Assembly (NCBI RefSeq): GCF_001194135.2
Contig: NC_069005.1
Coordinates: 15,076,964 to 15,140,963, forward strand
Source: Octopus bimaculoides
Lineage: Eukaryota
Length of the DNA: 64,000 nucleotides
Direction: 5' to 3'
This document shows, one piece after another, positions 38,902-49,869 of the stretch. Each line of letters begins with the position of its first letter. Positions within the stretch are counted from its first letter, which is position 1. The notes below the pieces were generated by a model. The model was given only the letters and a program-made list of their open reading frames with translations, did not search any database and was not told the DNA's origin. A program made the translations under genes and the position numbers.

Positions 38902-40478
38902 CCTCCAGTTTTTGACTTGGGCAAAAAAATGAGAAAATAAATAGTGTAATCAGTGTAAAACAATATGTAGTAACCGAATATGCACATCAGGAATGTTCCG
39001 AGTCCTCTCACCACTTCCCCATTCTTCGGTGCAATTTTTTCCTTCATATTCATTTACTACACATTATTTTACACCTAGTACCCTATTTCTTTTCAATTTT
39101 TGTGATGGGGGTGGGTGAGGTGTGGACTCAGATAATTCACACAATCTAGTAACCCGGCTACCAAATAAAAAAGAAAAAGTGCAATAGGGGTGAAATAATG
39201 TATACTAAATGATTATAAAAAGAAAAAAAATACTCGTGAGGGCAGGACTCGGAAAATTCACATGATCAAACGCACAAGATACGAAAACTCAACATTAACA
39301 CCTGGTCACAAAAATGGAAATAAATAGTGTAATAGGTGTACAACAACATGTAGTAAACGAATATGAAAAAAAAATGCATGCTGGCGAACAAGGCAGGGAA
39401 GAGGACCAGGAAAATTCACAAGGTCCGATTTTTTCCATCAAGAAAATGGATATTCTTCCCAACCACACAGTTCTGGGTTCAGTCCCACTGCATGGCACCT
39501 TGGGCAAGTGTCTTCAACTATAGCCTCGGGCTAACCAGTGCGTCCTGGAGGGCAAAAGTGGCATTTCAGAGGAAAAATTATCTATGCTGTAAACAAAGAT
39601 GAAAACAAAAATTTGCACACAAAATTTTTTCGATTCTGTCTTCTCCATAATGGTATTAGCAGAAACAATTGCAGCGTAGATGTTTGTAAGCCATTCAAGA
39701 ACACACAAAAAAAAAAGAAACCGTTAGTTTCACTGCAACATTTAAATCTCATTTGTGTCTAAATATTTTCATCGTTTTGAAACCACAACTTGTTCACTGA
39801 CAAAACAGATGCAGCACGAATTTTTGTTTCAAAGAATGAAAATATTTAGTCACAAATGAAATTTAAATGTTGCAGTGAAGCAGTTTTGGCTGTTCTGAAA
39901 TTGCTTACAGACATCTTACACTCTGCAAATTATTTTAAATATTACCTTGCCCCTAATTACAAAACTTTCCACTGTTTTTCATTTTTATGACTGGGTGTTA
40001 ACGTTGAGGTTTGGGTCCTGTGAGTTTGATCATGTAAATTTTTTGAGTCCTGTCCTCACCCCACTGTTCATCAGCACACATTTTCTTTTTTCATAATCAT
40101 TTAGTAAACATTATTTTACACCTATTGCAATTTTTCTTTTTTTTTTGTGGCCGGTTGTCGAAGGTGGCTTACTGGATTGTATGAATTATTCGAGTCACAA
40201 AAATCGTGTGAATTATCCTGTCACAAAAATTGAAAAATAATAGTGTACGAGGTGTAAAATAATGTGTAGTAAACGAATATGATGAAAAAAATTGCGCCGA
40301 TGAACAGGGAAGTGGTGAGAGGACTCGGAACATTCCCGATGTGAATTTTCTGAGTTGTCTCTCTCCCTGCCATTCGCCAGTGTCCTTTTTCTGTTGCATA
40401 TTCATTTACTACATGTTGTTTTACACCTATTACACAATTATTTTGTTTCATTTTTGTGACCAGGTCAGAAACTGGAGG
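38902..40478. mobile_element. piggyBac-type non-autonomous foldback element with ~390-bp TIRs and TTAA TSD
   Basis: TTAA(38898-38901)|CCTCCAGTTT ... AAACTGGAGG|TTAA(40479-40482). Arms 38902-39294 and 40002-40478 are inverted copies of each other. Confidence 0.8.
39299..39997. mobile_element. Inner TTAA-flanked MITE nested at the centre of the 38902-40478 element; contains a SINE B fragment
   Basis: TTAA(39295-39298)|cacctggtcacaaaaatgg ... tcatttttatgactgggtg|TTAA(39998-40001). Internal inverted pair ttcactgcaacatttaaat / atttaaatgttgcagtgaa. Confidence 0.65.
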
Positions 40479-41277
40479 TTAACCTTTTTCTGTTGCTATT
40501 GGCAGCAAAATCATTTTTTTGCAGTAGTCTCTTCAATACTTCCTATTCCATGTTGCATTACATTGAAATCTTTTATAGGTATGTCAGAACCGTTGTATCT
40601 GTGCAAAGCATATCATTCTCCTTGCCTTGTGTGGAACTAAGCACCATTCAATTTGATCAAATTGTTGATGGTAAGGAGTCCAGGTTCTATAAGACGTTCA
40701 TCTATGCTGTATATTCTACATGCAGTGAATTAAATAAGCAGAAGAAGCACAACTTTCCTTTTCATCTGTTTTCCAAGTGTAAATTAGTATAAAGCGAAGA
40801 GGATTTTATACTGTTTGTTAAAGTTCTTGTGGTTTATATACTGTCATGGCCGATCATTGCATCACGCAGCTCAGTCCAGTTAACCTGCAGATAGACACCA
40901 TGGCAGGAACATGCTTTCATTTAATGATTACTTTAACTTATGTCCTTATTGGAAGTTATACTATAAAAGTTATAAACAGAAAACCATTCTGGTGTATTCT
41001 CACAAGATCTTGAAAAGTGAAGAATCACCAGGAGTTCAAGTCTTTTTGCAATACCTTTTAAAAGGTTGAGGGGAGGGTAAAAAAGGTGACTAACATCCTA
41101 TTTTTACTTCTTCCTTATTTATGATTTTGAAGGTGTTGTAAGTAAATTGAAATTGTTGGTGTTTATAGAAATGCAAATTTTTGCTCAAGTTTCTTTTTTC
41201 TCCAGATTACATCATCATTTTTTGATGACTAAAAAACATCAATGATATCTATGATTGCCATTTCTATTGATGCTAGC

Positions 41278-41545
41278 CAGTGCTGGGTTTAAGCCAATTA
41301 GATTTGTTCAAATTGAGCCTTGCACCAAGAGAGGGCTCTGTGCACTTGCTAGGCACAGAATGCTATGGTGGATTTTTAGTGTATCATTGTGGCTAATGGT
41401 GGAGCCTCAAGTCCTCAAAACTTTTTAGCTGTAACTGGCTTACTACACGAATAATAAAAACATCAAACTCCAGCTTTTGCTGAGTAGAGGGCCCCACTGA
41501 AAATTCTCTAATTGGGCCCAATTCCTCCTAGCAATGGTTCACTTT
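41278..41545 (-). mobile_element. Small MITE-like repeat; inverted copy at ~52798-53068
   Basis: 41290-41540 is the reverse complement of ~52815-53065 (gggcccaattagagaatt...gaggctccaccattagccacaatgat...aattggcttaaa). Confidence 0.6.
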
Positions 41546-42067
41546 TGGAACTAGGTGACCCTGATTAGTATTGTCATTACAATTCTCATCTTCCAAAATC
41601 ATGTGAGTTTCACCATTGATCATTGCTTAATTGTTTCCTTCATCCAAATTGTATATTTGCCATACTGCTTCCCAATGATTCTGGTGGTGATACTGAGTCT
41701 AATCCTTCACTTCAGACTTTGCCAGGAATAAAACCTCCACTGCTATAACTCTTTCGTTGCAGGGATATGCAATTGCTACTAACACAATGAAGATTTGTTT
41801 TCTTTACATAAACCAAAAAGATATAAAAGGGGATGAGACTTGAAATGAAATGAAAAAAGATGCAACAAACTGAAACTTTAATGCATTTGGGTTTAAATTT
41901 CAATTTTATGGTTGAATTTCATTTTCAGTTTTTATTTCTTCATTCCATGAAAAAAAACATGAAAAAACAAAATAAATATCTCAGTTTATTTTAAGTTTTT
42001 AAGATTTTAAACATTAAAAATAAAATTGTAAAAGCCAGGAAAAAGTTGAATTTAAACCTCTGTTATT

Positions 42068-42260
42068 TTTACTCTTTAGCATTTAAACTGGCCTCATCTG
42101 GCCCAAATAGTCTTCCTGTTTTATGTTCAAACTGGTCAGATCTGGTCTCTCACACTTACTCTACAATGTCATTATAAAAGTAACCAATAGCATCATTGAA
42201 GTTTTGCAACCATGAGATAATGCATGATTAATTCAAAACAAAGTGAAAACATAAGCATTA
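42068..42260 (+). repeat. Interspersed repeat family E (ctttagcatttaaac...agatctggcctctcacacc); second copy ~61978-62160
   Basis: Two recognisably homologous ~190-bp copies. Confidence 0.55.
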
Positions 42261-42609
42261 CGTTTAACTGAGTAATCTGGATAATAGCAGTGCCCCAGTA
42301 TGGTCACAGCTCACTGACTGAAACAAGTAAAAGGGTATACCAGCTAATATAACAATTATTTTTGGGGCTAAATATTTCTTACTGGTAATCATTCCTCCTT
42401 CACCACTCTAAAATTAGAGGAGTACATATTTAGGGTTTAGTGAGTAGGGAAATGTATACTGCCAAAAGAGCAGGAGACAGTAGTTGTGGTAAATTTGGAA
42501 CTCCTCATGTAACAGCCACTGCTTTTATGACTAATTTTTGTTTGTCTCTTTTTCATTTTAGATTTGAATTTTCTAATGAAATAAAAGAGTTACAGAGGTT
42601 ATTTTCATC

Positions 42610-43073
42610 ATGACTGACTCATTTGCTGAGCGAAGAAACAGCACTTTCACCTTAGAAGAGGACAGCCTTCCTTTGCAGAAACTCATCAAGCAGAATAAAG
42701 CTGAAAATGTAGAAGACACCACTATAAAAGACTACATATCTAAAATGGCTTCTGAGATCCCAGACCATATCTTTCACTATGACTGGTTTCAAGAGGAGAA
42801 AGATCTCTCGGTGCAATTTATTGCAATTGCTGAAAAATTATTGCCCACTTTGATTTTGGGTGTTGAGAAGCTCTTGAGGGAAGTTGAAAAAAAGGGACTG
42901 ACTGAAGACAAGAATCTATGCCCAAATTTCAACCCCTTGAACTTCCTTGCTCAATTCATGCTGCGGAATCATCCTCGGAACCTTAGCGTGTCAGAACAAT
43001 CAGCTTATATCAAGATGTTGCAGCATGTTACCAAAAAAGTAAACAAGCAGTTTAGTAGTGAGAAAAAGAAAAG
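42610..43073 (+). CDS. EFCAB5: EF-hand calcium-binding domain protein 5 orthologue, first coding exon (exon starts at 42562)
   Basis: Acceptor ...tttttcattttag at 42561, ATG at 42610 with A at -3, and an in-frame upstream TGA at 42565-42567. Translation includes DWFQEEKDLSVQFIAIAEKLLPTLILGVEKLLREVEKKGLTEDKNLCPNFNPLNFLAQFMLRNHPRN, resembling the recalled human EFCAB5 segment (KLLPTLVPGVENML...FDPINYLGEYLIRNNP). Phase-2 donor AG|gttaat at 43074. Confidence 0.85.
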
Positions 43074-43856
43074 GTTAATTTTTGTTTTTCTCCATATTTC
43101 CATAATTGAATTTATTCTCGTAGGAACCATTATCATCATCATTTAGTGTCTGTATTCCATGCTGTCATGGGATGGACAGTTTGACAGTATCCGGCAGGTT
43201 GGAGGACTGTTATGCTCTGAACTGAATTTATAGAGTCCTAGGTTGCTGATTGGAATATTCATATCTTGTATTCTGTCACAGGTGTTACAGGTACAACACT
43301 GACTTTCTGGAATCAGATGGTTCAGAACCTCTTATGATCTGTACTAATTTACACTAATATATAGCTATCTGTATTTCATTTAATTCATTGTCACCATCAT
43401 CATCTTTTAACATCTGGCTTCCTTGTTGGCATGAACGGTTTAACCAGAGCTGGCAAGCCAGAGAGCTGGACCAGGTTCCAATCTGATTTGGCTTGGTTTC
43501 TATGGCTGGATGCCCTTCCTAGTGCCAACTACTTTATAGTATGTGCTGGGTGCTTTTAATGTGGCATTGACATGAGCACTTTTACATGGCACCAGCATGA
43601 ATGCTTTTTATGTGAAATCAACACAGGGCTCTTGCAGGCCAATCCTCCTCATCATACATACATAGGGAGGGAGCTGTGTGCATGCATTTCTGTATATGCG
43701 TGTATGTGTGCTTATCTACATCTATCTATGTGTGTGTGTGCGTGTATATGTGTATACACATGTTTATGTGTTTATATATGTGTGTGTGTGTGTGTGTGTT
43801 TATATGTGTATGTGTGTATATATGTGTGTGTGTTTTTATATGTGTGTATGTATATA

Positions 43857-43891
<35 letters not shown>

Positions 43892-43894
43892 ATA

Positions 43895-45382
43895 CACCCA
43901 GAACCACGCTAATAACTTAGGAGTGAAGTTTAAGATTTCTCAGTTTTCTATGAATTGATTTTGATAAAACTTTTCCCAGCTGGTTTGCACACTATAGCAA
44001 CACCATTGTTATATTTTCATTATTCTGTCCTTTTTTTTTTATTTAAGATTCTTCAGTTTTTGGGTGAACCATGCTAATAGCTTTTGAATGAAAATAGCCC
44101 ATCGAGACTTTTTTTTTTCAGAAATTGAAGAGTAATGATACATATTAAGCATACATTGAGTATATATTTAACAGCAAACCATAATAATATTATAACATTT
44201 ATTGACATAATGAATTATTTAGCCACACTAGTGCCATTTTGACGGATAACTTCAAAAACCCTATTAGTTGTGGAATCTGTCCATTTCTTAATAGTAGCAG
44301 GTTGGACTGCCTCTGCTGCAGCTTTCATGGTTGCCCATAAGACAACTTTCGATGTAAATTGGTGTCCATCAGCATAAACATCTTGTTTAGTGATGGACCA
44401 AAGATGCTGGTGGCCACACAATCAACCTTTCACCTTGTATGCCATGAAACTAGTAATGTTTGGGTGGTCCTAGCAGAGTGGGAGGGAGCATTGTCATGTA
44501 TGAATATGAGATTCCTTAAAAGTGACAGCAGTATGTCATCTAGCCAGGGAGCCAAGACCTTTTTCACACGATTGCAGTGGGCAGCTGTGGTCACTTTCAC
44601 CCTTTCAGGCACCCTGACTGGGTCAACACGTCTGTCCTCAGTGACACCAGCCCACAACATGACTCCTCCACCCTGTTGTTGACATTGTAAGCATTGGTGA
44701 CGCTCATCTCCAAAATAGACCCAACCACTTGCCCAACCGTCAGGTCCATCAAGGGTCACCCTGGTTTCGTCAGTGAACAGAACACAACTCATGTCTAACA
44801 TCATGTACTTTTGGGCCCATTGAAGCCTTGAACTCCTGTGAGAGGGCATTAAAAGAGGCAGTTTCAGGGGTTCTCACATGGAAGCCATGATCCCAATGAT
44901 GCAATTTCTGGTGGTGTGCAGTACATGAGGAAGTCTAGAGGTTTTCCCACGTAACTTGCAGCCAATATTCCTTAAATCCCTAGCTGTCACAGTCATGGAG
45001 GTCCCACAATTAGATCATTTCTTCCTTGGCAAAGGGTCCATCAGAAATCGTCTGACCGTATCCACATGACAACCTAACTTCTTCGCAATGACATGAAGAG
45101 AGGTGCCTTTAGCACTTTCCTTGATGATGACAGACTTTTCTTCATTGTTAAGGCTTTTTCTACATCACATTGTTCTTGGAGAGGAGAGGCGCTATTAGCA
45201 TGATTCACCCAAAGACTGAAGAATCTGAAATAAAAAAGAAAGGATGTTACACAGAATAATGAAAGCAATAATGGTGTTGCCATAATGTGCAAACCAGCTG
45301 GGAGAAGGTTTATCCAAATCGATTCACAGAAAACCGAGGAATCCTAAATTTCACTCCTAAGCTATTAGCATAGTTATAGGTG
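43895..45382 (-). mobile_element. Tc1-family DNA transposon with ~230-bp IR/DR-type TIRs; transposase pseudogenised
   Basis: TIRs ~43895-44125 and ~45150-45382 (gctaata(g/a)cttaggagtgaa.../ttcactcctaagctattagc), with TA at 43893-43894. Transposase: VLFTDETRVTLDGPDG, GGGVMLWAG, FIHDNAPSH (44430-44849), LWSITKQDVY (44215-44421). The SPDLNPIE segment after WPP appears deleted. Confidence 0.9.
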
Positions 45383-45534
45383 TGTGTGTTTGTGTGTGTG
45401 TATGTATGTAAACACAGTAGTCACTGTCCTCAGGTAATGTATAACTTGCAAGTCTTTCATTAATTTATAGTGTTTAATAAACATTTTTTGGGGGCGAAAT
45501 TTTGCAGCCAACTTTTGGTCCCATCTAATGAAGG

Positions 45535-45572
<38 letters not shown>

Positions 45573-47293
45573 CTTATCACAGGGAAAATAAATAGTGCTA
45601 AATTCCAGCACATTTTGGTCACAATGTAGGATACATCTCAGAAGCAAACAACAGATGCTGGAATCTACCATTAGCCTACCTATATTTCTTCACCTAGATA
45701 TATATTTTGATTGAAATACAACAAATATTATTTTTCTTCCAAATTCAAATGTGTCTTTTCATTCAATATCATTTTTGGTTCAAACATTTCAGGTAAACTT
45801 TGGACATATGACATCATCTAGGGACACAATCATGTGATACAACTGAATTACCTTTACCACCAGAATTTAGCTGCATTTTTTTACACAAATAAATTACAAG
45901 TAGCTCCAAGCCCCTTTTTCGTATGGGTATAGAAGCATTTGCGTCAACTTAACCAGTTGCTTTGAGCTTCTGCTAACCTGCTCCAGAAAATCCAGTTAGT
46001 TCCTTCATACAAGAATGGGAAAAAAGTTTGAACACTACTTTATTCTTCTTTATAAGAACTTTTGTACTATATACGGACTCCTCTATAGCAACTGAACAGA
46101 ACATGATTATGAACATGTGACTGTTTTATTGTAACTCAGCAAAATACATCACTACAATATATATTCTTTCGTATACACCACACACAAAAAAAGTAATATT
46201 TATTATTTGTCCTACCATGCCCAATCTTGCCAAAAAATGTGTATCTGTATGTTGTATTACTTTTAAACATTCTGACTGAAGATTACATTAACTTGTTCTT
46301 TCCAACTATTTAGTTAATTGAATTAAATTCTTTTGCTGGAAAGATTTGTCTTTATTGTTCTGTACCCTTGTATTATTTAATTTATCTGACATTGTTTTTA
46401 CAGGTTATTGGCGATGAGCTGGCAGAACCTTTAGCATGCCGGGCAAAATGCTGAGGGGAATTTCGTCCTTTTTTACGTTCTGAGTTCAAATTCTGCTAAA
46501 GTCAACTTTGCCTTTTGTCTTTTTAGGGTTGATAAAATAAGTACCAGTTGAACACTGGGGTCGATGTAATTGACTTACCCCCTCCTCCCAAAATTGTTAG
46601 CCTTGTGCCAAAACTTGGAAACATTACTTTTACAGGTTATTGGCATCGAGCTGGCAGAGCTATTAGCATGTTGTGCAAAATGCTTAGCAGCATTCCATCT
46701 GTTTTTGTGCTCTGAGTTCAAATTCTGATGAGGGTAACTTTGCCTTTCATCCTTTTAGGGTTGGTAAAATATATACCAGCTGAACACTGGGGTCAATGTA
46801 ATCAACTCACCTTTCCCCTTGAATTTGCTGGCCTTGTGTCAAGACTTAAAACCATTATTTTTACTGGTTGTGACATGACACTTGTATTGTCAGTCACTAT
46901 TTAATTTTGGTCTCTTTGAATCCCAACAGAAAGTTGTTTCTTCCTTACCCATTCCAGCAATAGTAGGCACAGCAACTTTAACCATCACCAATAATTTGCC
47001 ATTGGTAAATTTGCCTTGTTTTCAAACAGTCACTTACTGAATCAAAAGGCCAATTTTAATAGGTGACTGTCAGAGATGATTAAATAAATGCTAGTGTTCC
47101 TCTGGTGCTTGTCTTATCAACTTCAGTAGGATGAAAGATAAAGTTAACCCTTTCAGGATTTGAACTCAGAACATGGGAGAATGAAATTAAATTCTATGAA
47201 ACAATTAGTCTAATTTCCTACCTTTTCTACTCATATGTCAGAATTAATTTTACATGACGTTTTCTGGAAGTAAATCTCATACTTTCCATACAG

Positions 47294-47450
47294 TTTAATG
47301 ACTATGAAAGAACAAATTCAACAGAGACGACTGAAACGAGAAGCAACAAAGGCTAGGTGTCGAGAAGAAAGGCTTAGACATAAAGCTTTGCTGGTTGCTC
47401 ATTTCGCTCTGTGGCTTCATCCAGACAAACCTCAGCTGCACACATCTTCT
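47294..47450 (+). CDS. EFCAB5: EFCAB5 coding exon 2 (157 bp)
   Basis: Acceptor tttccatacag, donor gtaagt at 47451. Phase 2->0 joins the previous exon (AG|T = Ser): SLMTMKEQIQQRRLKREATKARCREERLRHKALLVAHFALWLHPDKPQLHTSS. Confidence 0.85.
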
Positions 47451-48794
47451 GTAAGTATTTCCATCTGATGGTCAAATGACTTTCAAAATTGTACTCTGGC
47501 CTAGCTTACTCTCTTATTTCTCCTCATTACTGCACTGAGAATGTGTGTGTGTGTGTGTCTTGGGATTATTTGCCACTGGCAACATATAGGACCATTGAAC
47601 TAATTGCAGAACCAAGCTATTGATGGGCAAATAGTGCAATACCAATATTCAGTGTAGGACATCAGCATATTGAATTATTATTGATTTTTTTTTTTAATTC
47701 TCTAATATTGATCACATTGTTGATTATATAAAAAGAAAAAGAAAGGAAGATAAAGAACTTATTCATTTTGAAGTAGCTAATATAACAATGTGGTAGCTTC
47801 TTATTATTGTACACTTTAAAAGACTGTAACTGACATTGAACAGTTGCACGAATGTAGCTAAGTTGTAGAAGCATACAAATTATCAATTTTGCTTCCCACA
47901 TTTCAATATACACAGTTGTTAGAAAGTATGTGTGTGTGCATATATATATATATATNNNNNNNNNNNNNNNNNNNNNNNNNNNNNNNNNNNNNNNNNNNNN
48001 NNNNNNNNNNNNNNNNNNNNNNNNNNNNNNNNNNNNNNNNNNNNNNNNNNNNNNNNNNNNNNNNNNNNNNNNNNNNNNNNNNNNNNNNNNNNNNNNNNNN
48101 NNNNNNNNNNNNNNNNNNNNNNNNNNNNNNNNNNNNNNNNNNNNNNNNNNNNNNNNNNNNNNNNNNNNNNNNNNNNNNNNNNNNNNNNNNNNNNNNNNNN
48201 NNNNNNNNNNNNNNNNNNNNNNNNNNNNNNNNNNNNNNNNNNNNNNNNNNNNNNNNNNNNNNNNNNNNNNNNNNNNNNNNNNNNNNNNNNNNNNNNNNNN
48301 NNNNNNNNNNNNNNNNNNNNNNNNNNNNNNNNNNNNNNNNNNNNNNNNNNNNNNNNNNNNNNNNNNNNNNNNNNNNNNNNNNNNNNNNNNNNNNNNNNNN
48401 NNNNNNNNNNNNNNNNNNNNNNNNNNNNNNNNNNNNNNNNNNNNNNNNNNNNNNNNNNNNNNNNNNNNNNNNNNNNNNNNNNNNNNNNNNNNNNNNNNNN
48501 NNNNNNNNNNNNNNNNNNNNNNNNNNNNNNNNNNNNNNNNNNNNNNNNNNNNNNNNNNNNNNNNNNNNNNNNNNNNNNNNNNNNNNNNNNNNNNNNNNNN
48601 NNNNNNNNNNNNNNNNNNNNNNNNNNNNNNNNNNNNNNNNNNNNNNNNNNNNNNNNGGTCACAGAAGTGTGACGAAAGAACTCTGGCCGAAATAAGATTA
48701 AGATTAATGTAATATAAAGCTGAAGCAAATTAACACCAAATATACAGTGCGTGTGTTTTTATTGGCTAAACTGGCAATATGACCATCCCCAAGT

Positions 48795-48837
<43 letters not shown>

Positions 48838-49096
48838 CAATATTAAGGATTCAGGAGAGAATTAGGCACTTAAATGACAGGCACCAGGTTGGGTTAAATT
48901 AACCTGTAAACACCACCATTAGTCAAATAAATACACTGGGTACTGTAGTACATCCAGTGAAATATTCAGGTTGTGCATTTAACCCTTATGAGTATTTGAC
49001 ACCTAGGGGCTGGTTCAAGACACACTTATTGACCACATGGTGTTTGATATACTCCAGAATGTCCAATAGGTTGGGAATCCCTTATAGTGTATTATA

Positions 49097-49604
49097 AGCA
49101 AATAAATAAATAACAAACAATAGATAAATGTCAGTTCATTACAGCTGTTTCTAACATTTTTTAATAGATGAATGAGTACATTACAGCATAGCAATTAATC
49201 CATTTTCATCAGATGATACATAAAATTTAAAACAAGAGAAGAAGAATCCATGAATCCAGTGGGAACACACCTAGCTACCAGCCACGGCTGACCTTGAATG
49301 AGAGAAACAAACATTGGCAATAATGACCATTAACAGAGCTAGAAATACACTAAACTCTTAATGTATTTCTAGCTCTGTTAATGGTCATTATTGCCAATGT
49401 TTGTTTCTCTCATTCAAGGTCAACCTTGGCTGGTAGCTAGGTGTGTTCCCACTGGATTCATGGATTATTCTTCTCTTGTTTTAAATTTTATGTATCATCT
49501 GATGAAAATGGTTTAATTGCTATGCTGTAATGTACTCATTCATCTATTAAAAAATGTTAGAAACAGCTGTAATGAACTGACATTATCTATTGTTTATTTA
49601 TTTG

Positions 49605-49606
<2 letters not shown>
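49097..49606. repeat. ~510-bp near-perfect palindrome (two ~250-bp arms, 12-nt loop at 49350-49361)
   Basis: Left arm ...gaccattaacagagctagaaataca | ctaaactcttaa | tgtatttctagctctgttaatggtc... right arm. By eye there are only about four substitutions and a few small indels, mostly near the ends. Confidence 0.95.
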
Positions 49607-49645
<39 letters not shown>

Positions 49646-49869
49646 TGAGTAAGGCACAGAAGTGGCTGTGTGGTAAGAAGCTTACTTCCCAACCACATAA
49701 TTCTGAGTTCAGTCCCACTGCATGGTACCTTGGGCAAGAGTCTTCTACTATAGCCTTGGGCTGACCAAAGCCATGGAGTGGATTTGGTAGACAGAAACTG
49801 TAAGAAGCCCGTCTTATACATCATTATAAAAGCTTAGTGTGTCTACTTTTTGCTTCAGACAAAATAAAT

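Noticed and set aside
22587-48728. Long ORFs made mostly of X (22.6-23.1, 34.4-35.4, 36.7-37.3, 37.8-38.3 and 47.9-48.7 kb)
   Set aside because: Artefacts of translating N-gaps.
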